Positions 33,242 to 44,400 of a DNA stretch of 64,000 nucleotides are shown here, piece by piece. Source of the stretch: Vicugna vicugna (Eukaryota); assembly GCA_013265495.1 (NCBI GenBank), contig MU061578.1:3481308-3545307 (forward strand). Reading direction: 5' to 3'. Position 1 is the stretch's first letter. Each line of letters opens with the position of its first letter. The position numbers and the translations under genes are program-made. The notes below the pieces were generated by a model. The model was given only the letters and a program-made list of their open reading frames with translations. It ran no database searches and was not told where the DNA came from.

Positions 33242-36200
33242 GGCTGTGCGGCGTGCAATGGTTTTTCTGGCAGGAAGGCACCAGGGTCACAGGCAGCCAG
33301 TCCAGGACAAGCTGGAGAGGAGACAGGAGGTAGTGAGGCCAGGGCAGGGCACAGAGGGTAGGTCACCATCCAGGGTCACACAGGATAGGCACTGTGAAGG
33401 GCCTCGAACTTCGGGCTGCAACCATGTCTCTCTGTCTTGCGGGAGGGTACAACCCACAAACAATTTATCTTTGGAATAAAAGGGAGTGGCAGATGGGGAG
33501 CCAAGCCCAACCCTGGGGCCTCTGTCATTGTGGGTCAGGACTCAGGGGACCCACAGGCTGGGCTGCCGTGTCTCCAATGAACCGATATCTTAACAGCTCT
33601 AGGGGTTGGGTGGGTGGTAGTCCCAGTGAGTCCCTGTAGCATCAGGGGTGAGAGGCCTGGTGGCCCCCAACCTACTTTGGTGTAGCCTTGGCTTCAGACC
33701 CACATCTGGTGGCCTAGGCAGCCCCCTTTCCCTCTCAGGGCCTCAGGTGCCCAGTGAGACCTGACCCCGGACACCACTCACGCTGCAGCCCGCTGGCTGC
33801 CCTGACCAAAGTGGAGATGACAGTTGTGAGGCCTGGGGAAGGTGGGTGGGCCGGGGAGCCCAGGCCACGTTGCTGGCTCCTGGGCCACAGCCTTGCACGG
33901 GCTGTCGACTTGGGACACCCGTGGGCCTCTGGACTCTGCATGGCCCAGGAGGAACACAGAGAGGTGTTACTGCCCCACAAGACAGAGGCTCAGAGGGACT
34001 CAGCTACCTGCCCAGGGCCGCACAGAGGCCAGACTTCCAGCTGAAGCCCTGTGCGTCCAGCTGGTGGTGATTCCTGCTTGCCCCTGCCTCTCACCTGGGC
34101 ATGAAGAATTCCGTCTGTCCTAGAGGGAGGCTGCTCCAGGGCCAGGTGGCAGCTGTCAGAAGCAGCGATGTTGCAGACTAGGTGCTCCAGACACCAGCAG
34201 TCCCAGTCCACCCAGTGAGTCAGCCCCTGCAACTGAGCCTTGGGGTACAGGGATGGTGCAGGGTAGTGGCACCAGGGTCCCTGCTCACTTCCATGCCTCA
34301 CTCAGCACCCTGCCCGGCTGGCCACCCACTTCTGCAGCGATGCCCGCCAGGCAGATGTGTAGGGGAGGAGCCAGGGCTATGCCAGGTGACGCTGCCATGT
34401 CTGCCCCTCGGGGCCCCAGGCACAGCAGGCACTTGCTCCGCAGCCCCGCGAGAGTGAGAGGTTGAGCTCACGGTTGGCAGCTGCCCAGCGCACACCCCTT
34501 GCCACTGGTGGGGCCCCAGCCCAGCAGTGTCCTTGCCTCGAGGTTCACGTGTGTGTTTGTACATGAGCACACCTGCACTTGATGTGTGTGCTAGCATCCG
34601 TGTGAGTACATGTGCACGTCCATGTGCACCCAGGAGCACACACATCTGCATGCGTATGTGGTGCACGTATGTCCCCTGCAGGGATGTCAGGCATGCGTGG
34701 ACCCTCTGTGCTGCCTGGGTTGAGTGACAAGTGTGTGTTTCCGTTCTGTTGGTGCTGTCACAGAGCTGGCCACGTGTGTACATCTCGGTGGGGAGAGCGT
34801 GCAGGCAACCTTGATGGTGCACGGCCATGCCGGCCACACACGCCCTGGTGTGCAGCCTGCTAGGGCCCAGGATAGGGCTGGCTCCATTGGGCAGGTCTTG
34901 AAGGTAGAGCAGGAGGTGCGGATGCAGGACGGCTGAGGATGAAGGTGCCCACAGATGTTTCCCTGCCAGCTGAGGTGGATGGGGAGCCAGGTGCCCCAGG
35001 CTGGCCTTCGACCTCAGCTTTCACCACATCTGCCCCTGCTTAGTGGGGCCAGGAGGCTCTGGAACCTTGAGCCCCTACAGCACGGTTCCATCTGGCAGGG
35101 CGAGTGGCAGTAAGGCCCGTGACCCCCAGAGTCCCAGGGTCCCAGGGGGCAGGGTTGGGGCCAGGTCCACCAGCAGGAGCAAGCTCACCCTGGGCCCCAG
35201 CAATGAACCCCTGAGGTGGGCCATCAGCTCCACCCAAGCCCTGAGCACTCGAATGGGAGCAGGTTTTGGCTAAGGGCCTGCTGGGGCTCTGGATGCTAAG
35301 GGGTCTGTGGGGAGGGGGTGTCACTTAGTGGTGGGGTCTCTACCCACCCCAGGGCCCAGGCCGGGGTGGAGGAGGCTCCTCATAGGCTAGTGAGTGCAGG
35401 AGGCCAGATACTGGCTGTCCCATTTGGACTTGGCCCCCAGGGCAGGCTCAGGCCATGCAAACCACCACAGCAACAGACCGATTGCTGAGCTGTACAGAGC
35501 CACACCCCGCCCCCAGTTCTCCCGAGTATTCTCATGGAATCTGGCCCCACCAGCAGCACTGTGCAATGCCAGCTTTGCAGATGAGGAGACTGAGGCCCAC
35601 AGAGCTGAGCAGCTTTCCCCTGGCCATACAAGGTGAGCAACAGTGGGACAGTCCTGTAGCTGGACTGTCCTGTCAACACCGAGTTCCCTGGGGTGTGACA
35701 TCTGTGGCTGCCCCACAGTCAGCTGTTGGGGCAGATGAGCTGGGTGGACCCTGGGAGGGGCAGGCAGCCTACCTGTAGGGAGCAAGGTTGGGATCTGGCC
35801 CTGGGGGCTCTCAGAGGGGCTTTTCAGTGGGAGGAGCCAGGCTGTGGGACAACATATGTGGAACATCCCCCAGGCAGTCCCGACCCACAGGCCGCCTGTC
35901 TGCCCTTCTATCGCACTTTCTCTCCCTCTGCAGCTGCCTGCCTGTCCAGCCCGCCCATCTTCTGTTTTGCTGCTTGCTCTGCAGGCTCAGCCCATGGGCC
36001 CTGAACCAGGTCAGTGTTCTGCAGCTGGTCGTACCTGTCCTCTGGTCTCCCCCAGATCCCTCCCCAGCCTACAGTTCCCACTTGGCAGACTGGCAGTCAG
36101 AGTTGACCGAAGTCCCCAGCTCCTGGCTGACCTCCTAGTGCCTCCCCAGACCACTTGGCACTAAGTAGAAGCTGGAGCTCCCGCCCTCAATGGGGTGGGA

Positions 36201-37893
36201 TAGGGTGGAGGCTAAATCCTGGCCCTACTGGGACTCCTGGCTCCAAAAGGGTGGGGACGGGAGTAGTAGGCTGTCTTCAGCCCCTTGGCCTCCCCAGCAG
36301 CTCCTTGGGACCTGAGGGTAGGTGAACAGTGGTGATGCTGTCTAGCTGAAGGAAAATTATTTTTTCTGTCCTGACAAGAGAAATGTCCTCTTGACTTCAG
36401 GACCTATGCCCCAGGGAGATATAAAGGGACCCCTGGACTCCCCTCATGTGGCTAGCTGCTGGGGGACAGGGAAGGAGACCTGGACTCTCTGGGATGTTTT
36501 GGGGTAGCCCTGCCTGAACTGGGCAGGGAGAGACCCCTGGGGGCATACGTGGAAGGAAGGGCTGTCAGGGTGGTCCTGGCTTGGCCACAACCCTGTGGGC
36601 CCAGATCCTCTGGGAGGTGCCAGCAGTTGGGAAACGACTGGGTATGTCCAGGGAAATGGAACGCAGAGCTTCCAAAGGTCACTGCAGGCTCAGGCGGATG
36701 GGGCTGAGACCTGGAACAGCAGTGACCCCATGTGGCAGCAGCAGGCATGACAGCCTCTGAGCACCGCCCAGGAGGTGTTGAGGGTAAGGGCGTGAGGAGG
36801 GGGTGTAGGGGGTGTGGGGAGAAGCAGGAAGCCTACACAAGGGCTCCTGGCCTTCCGTCCTTTGGGGAACCTTCCTTCATTCTCTACTCAGACACTCACT
36901 GAGCAGTGTGTGTGGGCCAGGACCGTGCTCCAGGTGAGGGGCTCAGTACAGAGTGAGCAAGGCCAACACAGTCCTCAACTTGTAGGGTGGATGAGAAATG
37001 GGGAGCAGACAGTGGAGAAGTTCCGGGAAGGGAATGAAGTGAGGTAAGTTGATGACAGAAGCGGGGAGAGTGGTGGATGGTGGGGAAGGGGAGATGAGGG
37101 CAGAGTGTGGAGGATGAGGGCAGTAGGAGGGAGGTTGGGGAGGTGGGGCAGTTCTCAGTGAGGAAATGAAGGGCTGAGAGGGCTGCAACGGGGATACAAT
37201 CCCATTGCACCCTAGTCCAGTGAGAAAGGTCATGCTAGGTACATCACTGTAACCATCTGTCTGGGGTGCTACTCCATGGGCCCCTGTGGTACTCCAGTTA
37301 CAGAAGAGGAAACGGAGGTGCAGGGGGCAGTGGCTGGCACCTGCATTTCTGCAGAGGCCCCACTGGTGGGTGGGTGGCTGCCTCTGGCTCCATCCTGGCT
37401 GAGATCCCACTGTGATTACAAGCGGGGCCAGCCCAGGAGCGCCACAACAGGGCTTGCCTGCCTTGGATAGCTGAGAGGAGGGGCCTGGCCCAGCTGGGTG
37501 AAGGGACAGATGTGTGACCACAAACTGGCTGGAGGCCCAGGCACCAGCCCTCTCATAGCATTCTGAGATTTTGGAGTGCCCCAGGGTAAGCACTCAGCGA
37601 GGAACCCTGGTAAGACTAGATGGTTGCTGTTTTTGTTGAGTATCTGGGGGTCCTCCAGGGATATGACTGGCCCAACTTGTGCCAATTCAGAGTGCAGCCC
37701 CACACCAGAGTGGCACGGTGTTCACCACATGAGGGGGTGGGTGGCAGATTAGGATCACAAGGTTTGTCTTGGTTTCTGCTGAAGGCCTTGAGCAAAGGTC
37801 TGCCCAGTGCAGGGATGGGGGTGGGGGTCTGGGCCCCCCCGGAACCCCACATCAGGCACATTCATGGTTACTTGCAAAGTCAGTCACTGACCA

Positions 37894-37899
37894 TTTATT
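37894..37899 (-). terminator. Probable RPUSD1 poly(A) signal
   Basis: AATAAA on the minus strand about 770 nt after the stop codon. Confidence 0.6.
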
Positions 37900-38664
37900 C
37901 TGAGTCCTAAGAGCCCAGCTGTGCCTGGGGCAGTGTGGGCATGTTGTGGGGGATAGGGGAAGCTCTGGGGTGACTGCCCTCATTCCCAGGCTGAGGTCTG
38001 ATGACCCGTGGCTAACTGGGAACTGCCAAGCAGGTGGTGAAGTCAGCATCTGTGACCTGGCGCCCGGAAGACCCCACAGGGGCAGCGTTCACATTGGGTC
38101 TGGAGGAATGGCAAGCGAGGTGGAAGCTGGGGGTGTGGCTCACGCCCACTTCCATGGGAGATGCTCCGGATGTGGGCGGACGGAGCAGTTTGGCAAAAGT
38201 GAAGGCACAAGGTAGGACCTGTCTAGCAGGGAGGGTCACGGTCTGCAGGTGGAGAACCCAGCCAGGCTGGGGTGACGGGCACAGAGGATCCAAGCAGAGC
38301 AATGTGGAGTGGGGCACTGCAGGCCCAGGAGGAGTCCACCTTGAGGCTGGCACAGGTCCTGGCTCTTCCTCTTCCAGGGTGATCCAGAGCCAGTCTACAA
38401 GTCAGCCCCTGGGGGTGAGGCTTTGGAGCCAGGGAGGCGCTCTGGGGCAACAGCCACGATTTCCCCAGAGGGGCTAAGAGGGAGGCCGTGTGGGTCCCAC
38501 AGCTCAAGGGCTCCATCCTCTGGAATCACAGCTGCCTGGCTCCTCTGCTGGCCCTGCCAGCCCCTCTTCAGGCCTGGCTGCTGCAGGGACTGGTCCAGGG
38601 CTCTGAACCACAGCCCCTGCCCCTTGGGGTCCCAGTATGCCATCCCCACCCCAGGACAGTGTTC

Positions 38665-40435
38665 TCAGTTGTCTGGCTCCAGAGTCCACTCCGACAGCCA
38701 CTGCAGGCATGAGGCCCGCTGTGCCTCTGTCTCATGGGGCTTGGCAGGAGGTGGTGGGGGCCGGCCTGGCCCTGGCAGGGGTGTGGAGGGGCTGCAGGGC
38801 CCAAGGCCCCCATCTATGGGGTCAGGGTCTGGGGCCGCCCGCAGGACCTGGACGAGCTCACCCAGTGGCTGCACCAAGGTGTGGGGGCTCCAGCAGGCAT
38901 CAAGGGCAGGCACAAAGGGGTCAGGTGTGCAGGCCTCCACGCACTCGGTGTCTGTGGGGATGCGCAGGTAGAAGGCGTGGAGCATCATGCGGAAAGGCTG
39001 GTCCTCCTGGCCCGAGGCCTGGCCGTAGGTTAGGTCCCCTACGATGGGGTGGCCAAGGGCACTGCAGTGCACGCGCAGCTGGTGCGTCCGGCCTTTGGGG
39101 AAGAGAGGGGGTCGGTCAGGTGGGGGTGCCACTCCATGCCCACCCCCTACCCGCTCACGTCATGCCCAGCACTGTCCTTGACTGTGGCCTTGGAGCCTCA
39201 AGCAACTCCAGGGGACAGCAGACCTCTCTGTTTCATGCCATAGATAAAGATGTCAGAGCTCAAGACGGAAGCAACTTCTGGGGTTTCCCCTGGTGAAGGC
39301 AGGGCTGGAGCAGTGCCTGGTTCACTGGAGAACATAGACCAGCAAAACCCCATGTGGGGCAAGAGGCTGCAGGCTGTGGAGCTGAGCGTGGGGGAGGAAT
39401 CAGTTTGGCTAGTGATGCTAAGGGAGCCTGGGGAGGTTCCTTTCCTTCTTGATGGAGATGCCTGAGGCAGGACACCATCAGAAGCAGGACAACATAAGAG
39501 GCAGCAAAGAGACCCCAGCAGCTGCTGGGCCCCCACCGCAGGACATACCTGTGAGGGGCTGCAGCAGCACTTTAGAGACAGGCTTTCCTGCATACAGCCC
39601 ATGTTCCAGGACCACCAGCTCCGTGAGGCTTGGTTTTGGGTTCTCACAGCCTGAGGGGAGTGAGGCAAGCTCAGAGTTGGCTGGACCATCTCTGGGACCG
39701 AGTGCACCCCAGCCTAGGTCACCTGCCCAGGTTGCCCCAGCCCACCCAGGGTCCTCACTGGACAACATGTACCCCTGGCCCCCACCCCCTGCTTTTCGTA
39801 CCCTCTGTGCCCTCAATGCACATGGTGTGGGTCCGGCCTTCTGTGCTGCTCTTGCCGATGGAATAGCTGACGGTCATCCGGCTTTCTTGGACATGCCCCC
39901 GCACCTGCCAAGCGGGGTCACATGCTGCTTGCCAGGCTACCTGCCACTTCTGGGGCGCCCACCCAACACCCAGAGCCTGCCAAAGCGGACTGAGAGTTGG
40001 AGACCCCTGCCCCAGAGACCAGCCACGCCTTACTAGAGCCAGGTAAGCCTTGGTGACACGTCGGTCCTTGAAGCACCTGTAAGCGCTGCCTGCGGCTGCC
40101 TTGTTCAGAGCCACACAGAGCGCCCCACTGGTGGAGAAGTCCAGCTGGTGGCAGAACCTGGTATGGGGCAGAGGATCAGCGGTGGCTGGGCTGGGGGTGA
40201 CTGCTTCCCCCCATGGAGGGTGCTGTGGGAACCTGTACCCAATTCCCGCACACCTGAACCCGTAGCAGGTGTCAGGGTCTGCCAGCTCTGGGAAGCGGTA
40301 TCTCAGCTGCTTCTGGAGGGTCAGCGTCTCCCGCCAGGCCTTGCTGTCGATGCGCACATCCCAGTGCTTGTTCACCACCAGGAAGTCATGGCTACGGTAC
40401 ACAACACACAGGTTCTCCATGCTGCCTGGCTCCAT
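38665..40435 (-). CDS. RPUSD1: RNA pseudouridylate synthase domain-containing protein 1 (RluA family), 312 aa
   Basis: Exons (minus): 40254-40435, 40034-40157, 39802-39904, 39549-39650, 38665-39092 (939 nt). Motifs [11 protein letters not shown] (catalytic Asp), [10 protein letters not shown] and [10 protein letters not shown]. Confidence 0.97.
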
Positions 40436-40899
40436 GGTGGCACCTGCAATATGAGGCAAGTGCGTGGGGTGGGTGGGGTGTGTGTCATGGGGTGTTCAGC
40501 CCCACACCATGGCCCTGCCCACCTAGTGTGGACACTCCTGCTCCCCTGGGCCCCCGCTCTGAAGCTACCAACCCTATGCAGCAGACAAGCTTGCAGACCT
40601 ACTGTGTGCTTGCATCCTCATCTCTGAGTCAAGTAGCAAGTTATCTACCTGCTGGGGTGAGGGATCCAGCTAAGGTCAGAGAAGCTAGTGTTGCTCTGGG
40701 CTCTGGCTATGGGGCAGTCCTGCCCAGATCCAGGCCTGGGGAGAAGCAGCCTTCCCCTCCAGCCCGCCCCCACGGTCCCTTCCCGGACAGGCCATGGACG
40801 CACGATGAGAGTTTTTCTGAGTGGGGTCGGGTGAAAGGCGGGGAACAGGGTCCTCTCTCGCTCACGCAGACACCCCCTGCCCTGCCATCCCTCCACAAA

Positions 40900-41429
40900 A
40901 TCCCCGCTCTCGCGTCTGATGGGCACAGGCCGAGCGATGCCGACAGGAACCCGGCTGCACTCCTTTCCCGAGCCCCCGCCCACTCCAGGGCCGACCTGCA
41001 GCTGGGCCGCGCCGTCCGGGTCCCCGATGCAGCGGCCCAGCCCCGGCTCCTGCTCCCGCGTCTCCGCACCTAGTGGTCCAGCGACCCCAGAGGCGCCACT
41101 CGGACCACTGAGTCGCACCTAGCCCCGCTCGGCCTGCGCACGCAGCCCCGCCCACGCCCCGGACACGCCACGCCCAAGCAGCGGACGGGCGGCCGTGCTG
41201 ACCAATGGAGAGCACCGGAGCCTGCTGCTTTGGCTCCAGAGAGCGGACTCGGCCCTGCCCAGACTGCGCGCGCAGCCCCGCCCACGCCCCGCCTCGCCTG
41301 TTGACCAATGGAGAGAGCCGCCGGGCACGTCGGCTATTGATTGGCGGCGCCGGGTCGCTCGGGGCGGGAGCGGCGCGCACGGCGCGGGAGGTTCGGACCC
41401 TGCGGCCCGTGGCGGGTCAGCTGGCGGCC
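40900..41429. promoter_or_regulatory. Bidirectional CpG-island promoter of RPUSD1 and CHTF18
   Basis: Head-to-head genes. Repeated GC boxes (ccccgcccacgcccc), CCAAT boxes near 41200, 41305 and 41340 (reverse), and an E2F-like GGCGGGA near 41363. Confidence 0.85.
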
Positions 41430-44400
41430 ATGGAGGACTACGAGTGGGAGCTGTGCGGCGTCGAGGACGACTTCCATAGCCAGTTTGCGGCCGAGCTCGA
41501 GGTGCTAGCCGAGCTGGAAGGTGGGCATGGGCCTTGCCGCGGCCTCGTCCCCGGAAGCCCGGCAAGGGTTCTGGCGCCCCCGGGAGTTCAAGAGGGCTGC
41601 TCATAGAAGGGGAGGCGCGAAGGTCGAGAGGTAGCAACTGCCTTAGGCAGGGGCGCGTCGGAGGGAGCAGGGCCTTTCAGTGCCGCCGCCTGTGGGGCTG
41701 TGACTGTGTGCAGACAGGCTGCAGTGGGCGGCTGATGTACGCCTTCTTTCCGCAGGGACAGCCCCCCTGTCATCCTCCAGTGGCCCCCGGCCCACCGTGG
41801 GCCAGCCTCGCCTGACGTTCGAAGAGGCCCTTGCTAGAGGGAATGTTGCCACTTACTACTCTCCAGCTGGACCTCCAGGGCATTGCAAGGACAGTGCCAG
41901 GAAGAGGCAGCTGCCCGCTGACATCCAGGGGGACGGACCCCTGCCCTCCAGTACGTTTACGGGGCCCCAGGGCATAGGGGTGGGGTGCAAGAATGGGGAA
42001 TAATATTTCTTACTTCCATATGTCTCCCTAGCCCCCAAAGTCAAACGGTCCAAGCTGGAGGCTGCCAGGAGACTGAATTTCAGGCCCGACGAGATGGAAG
42101 AGCCCCTGCTTCCTGACTCCCTGAGTCGGGACATCACCCCCCCACTGAGTCCTGAGGTCCCTGCTGAGCTGTGGAGCAAGGGGTGTGTGGCTTGGGGCAC
42201 AGGTGTCCAGGTGGCCTTGGAAAAATCCCATTCCTCAGACAAGATTCCTGGCCTGTGGGCCTGTGGGAGTGCTGGGTAGCCGGGATTGAGTCTGGGCCCC
42301 TTCTCTGAGAGTAACAGGAGGTGAGAATCCGCGCATCACCTCATCCCTTCCCAGGCCTTTGGACACCGGGGCTGATGTGGATCTCACTCCGGCCTCACCA
42401 GCCACCCGCAATCCTGTCCTGAGGCGGCCCCCTGTCTTGGAGGACTATGTCAACGTGACCTCTACGTGTGGTGACCGGGTCTTCCTGGTGCTGCGGGCTG
42501 ACCCAGTGGGCACTGGGGTGCAGGTGGGTGCTGTGTAGCCACAGGTAGGGGCCTGGACATCATATCCCCACTCTGACCCAGGAGGACCCCTCTAGAGGTC
42601 CACCTGGCCTCCAGTCATCCACTGGGGAGGGCTGCCTCCCTCCTTCTCCCCCCACCCCCTCCTTCTTCTTCCTCCTAATCCTCCTCCCCCCTCCCCCTTT
42701 TCTTTCTCCCTCCTTCTCCTCTTTCATCTTCTTTCACCTTTCCTCTCCTCCCTCTTAGAGCTGGCCCCACCCCACACCCCAGTGATTTCTCCCCCTGGGG
42801 TCCCTGGTGAGAGGGGGCTCCTTGTGGCCTGCTTATGCTACGGAATACTACCTGGGTCTCTGAGCACTGTTAGGAAGGGGACTGAGGGAATCTCATAATG
42901 GAGGAGGGGTTGACTGCTGTCCTCCTTTCCCTGCAGAGCCCTTTCCTTGATATCCGGTGGCGTGGCGGTGGCCAGCTGGACCTACTGGGTGTGTCCTTTG
43001 CCTCCCTGAAGGAGAAAGTAGACAGCGAGGTGGGGTCTGCTGGGGTTTGCTGGGAGGGAAGAGGTAGTTCTGGGGTGACTGGCAGAGCCATTCTGATCCT
43101 TGTTTGTACAGCGGCGGCAGCGACTGCTGGAGGAGGCCCAGCGGCTCTCGGAGACACTGTGCAGGTGACACGGTGGTGGGCCCCTCCACCCCTCGGGTCC
43201 TCACCAGACTTTGGACTGCTGATCCCCAGCCTGTATTCTGGGGGGGGGGGTGTGGTCCCTGCACGTGGTTAAGGCCTAATGGCTCAGTGTACGATGTTCT
43301 CCAGTCTCAGGTCAGAGGAGGAGGAAGCGCAGCCTTTGGGAGCCCCGGAGGAGGAGGTGGCTGATGGCCGAGATGCCTCCCAGCATTGCCTCTGGGTAGA
43401 TAAATTCGCTCCCCAGCACTACACGGAGCTGCTCAGTGATGATGTGAGACCTTGTTTTTGCTCAAGTGTGACTGGCTTCTTTGTTACTGAAAAGAAAAAA
43501 CTCAGGGTTTAGCACATCTTTGTGTTGCCAGTCCATGGAGGTGTCAGGATTTAGGGGAGGGCTTTGGTCAGCCTTGTTGAATTGTAGATGGGAAATTGAG
43601 GCCAGTACGGGGCCAGAGTGTTGCTGGTCACTTATGTTTTATGTTTCTCACAGTAGCTGATGCTGAGATGCTCTTGGAGATAGTGGGCAGGGGTCCTGGA
43701 GGGGTCAAAGCCTGGGCTGTGGGGAAGGTGGCCTTGGTGTGAGCCTGACTCTGTCGCTCACCAGCAGTGTGACCAGGCATCACTCTCTTGTCACTCAGTG
43801 TCCCTGTGTGTGTCTTTGATCTTGTAAGGGCAAGTTGATGTGAGAGGCAGGCAAGAGGAGTCCTTGGTGCTGGTGTCTCCTCCAGGCCAGGCCTCTCTTC
43901 CCACAGTTCACTAACCGCTGCCTCCTCAAGTGGCTAAAGCTGTGGGATCTGGTGGTGTTTGGCCGAGAGAGGCCTGCCCGGAAACCCAGGCCCAGTGTGG
44001 AGTTGGCCCGTGGAGGCAAAGAGACTATGGCCTCCAGCAAGTGGAAGAGCCATGAGCAGGTGCTAGAGGAGATGCTAGAGGCCGAGCTGGACCCAAGCCG
44101 GCGGCCCCGACAGAAGGTGAGCAACACCTGACTGTGCTGCACAGGCCTCTGAGCCCAGGGTCTGGACTCTGGGGACCATTTACTGCTCTTTTGGTTGTGG
44201 GTTTATGTCAGGGTCTTGGCGTGGAGAGCCAGCTCCACCCCAAGGGAGTTGAGCTGGGGCTTGAGTACTTTGTCCTAATGACTTAGGTGAAGTCAGCTCT
44301 CCTTGAAGGACCTTAACATCCCCCCACAGTGATCACGGTGGGACTGTGGGTGGTTTCTAGACGTCAGTCATGTCAGTAATGGCTATGTCTGTCAGATCCC

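Noticed and set aside
38637-39296. Long plus-strand ORFs overlapping RPUSD1 (also 39449-40036) and similar shadows over MSLNL and CHTF18
   Set aside because: Antisense or off-frame shadows typical of GC-rich coding DNA.
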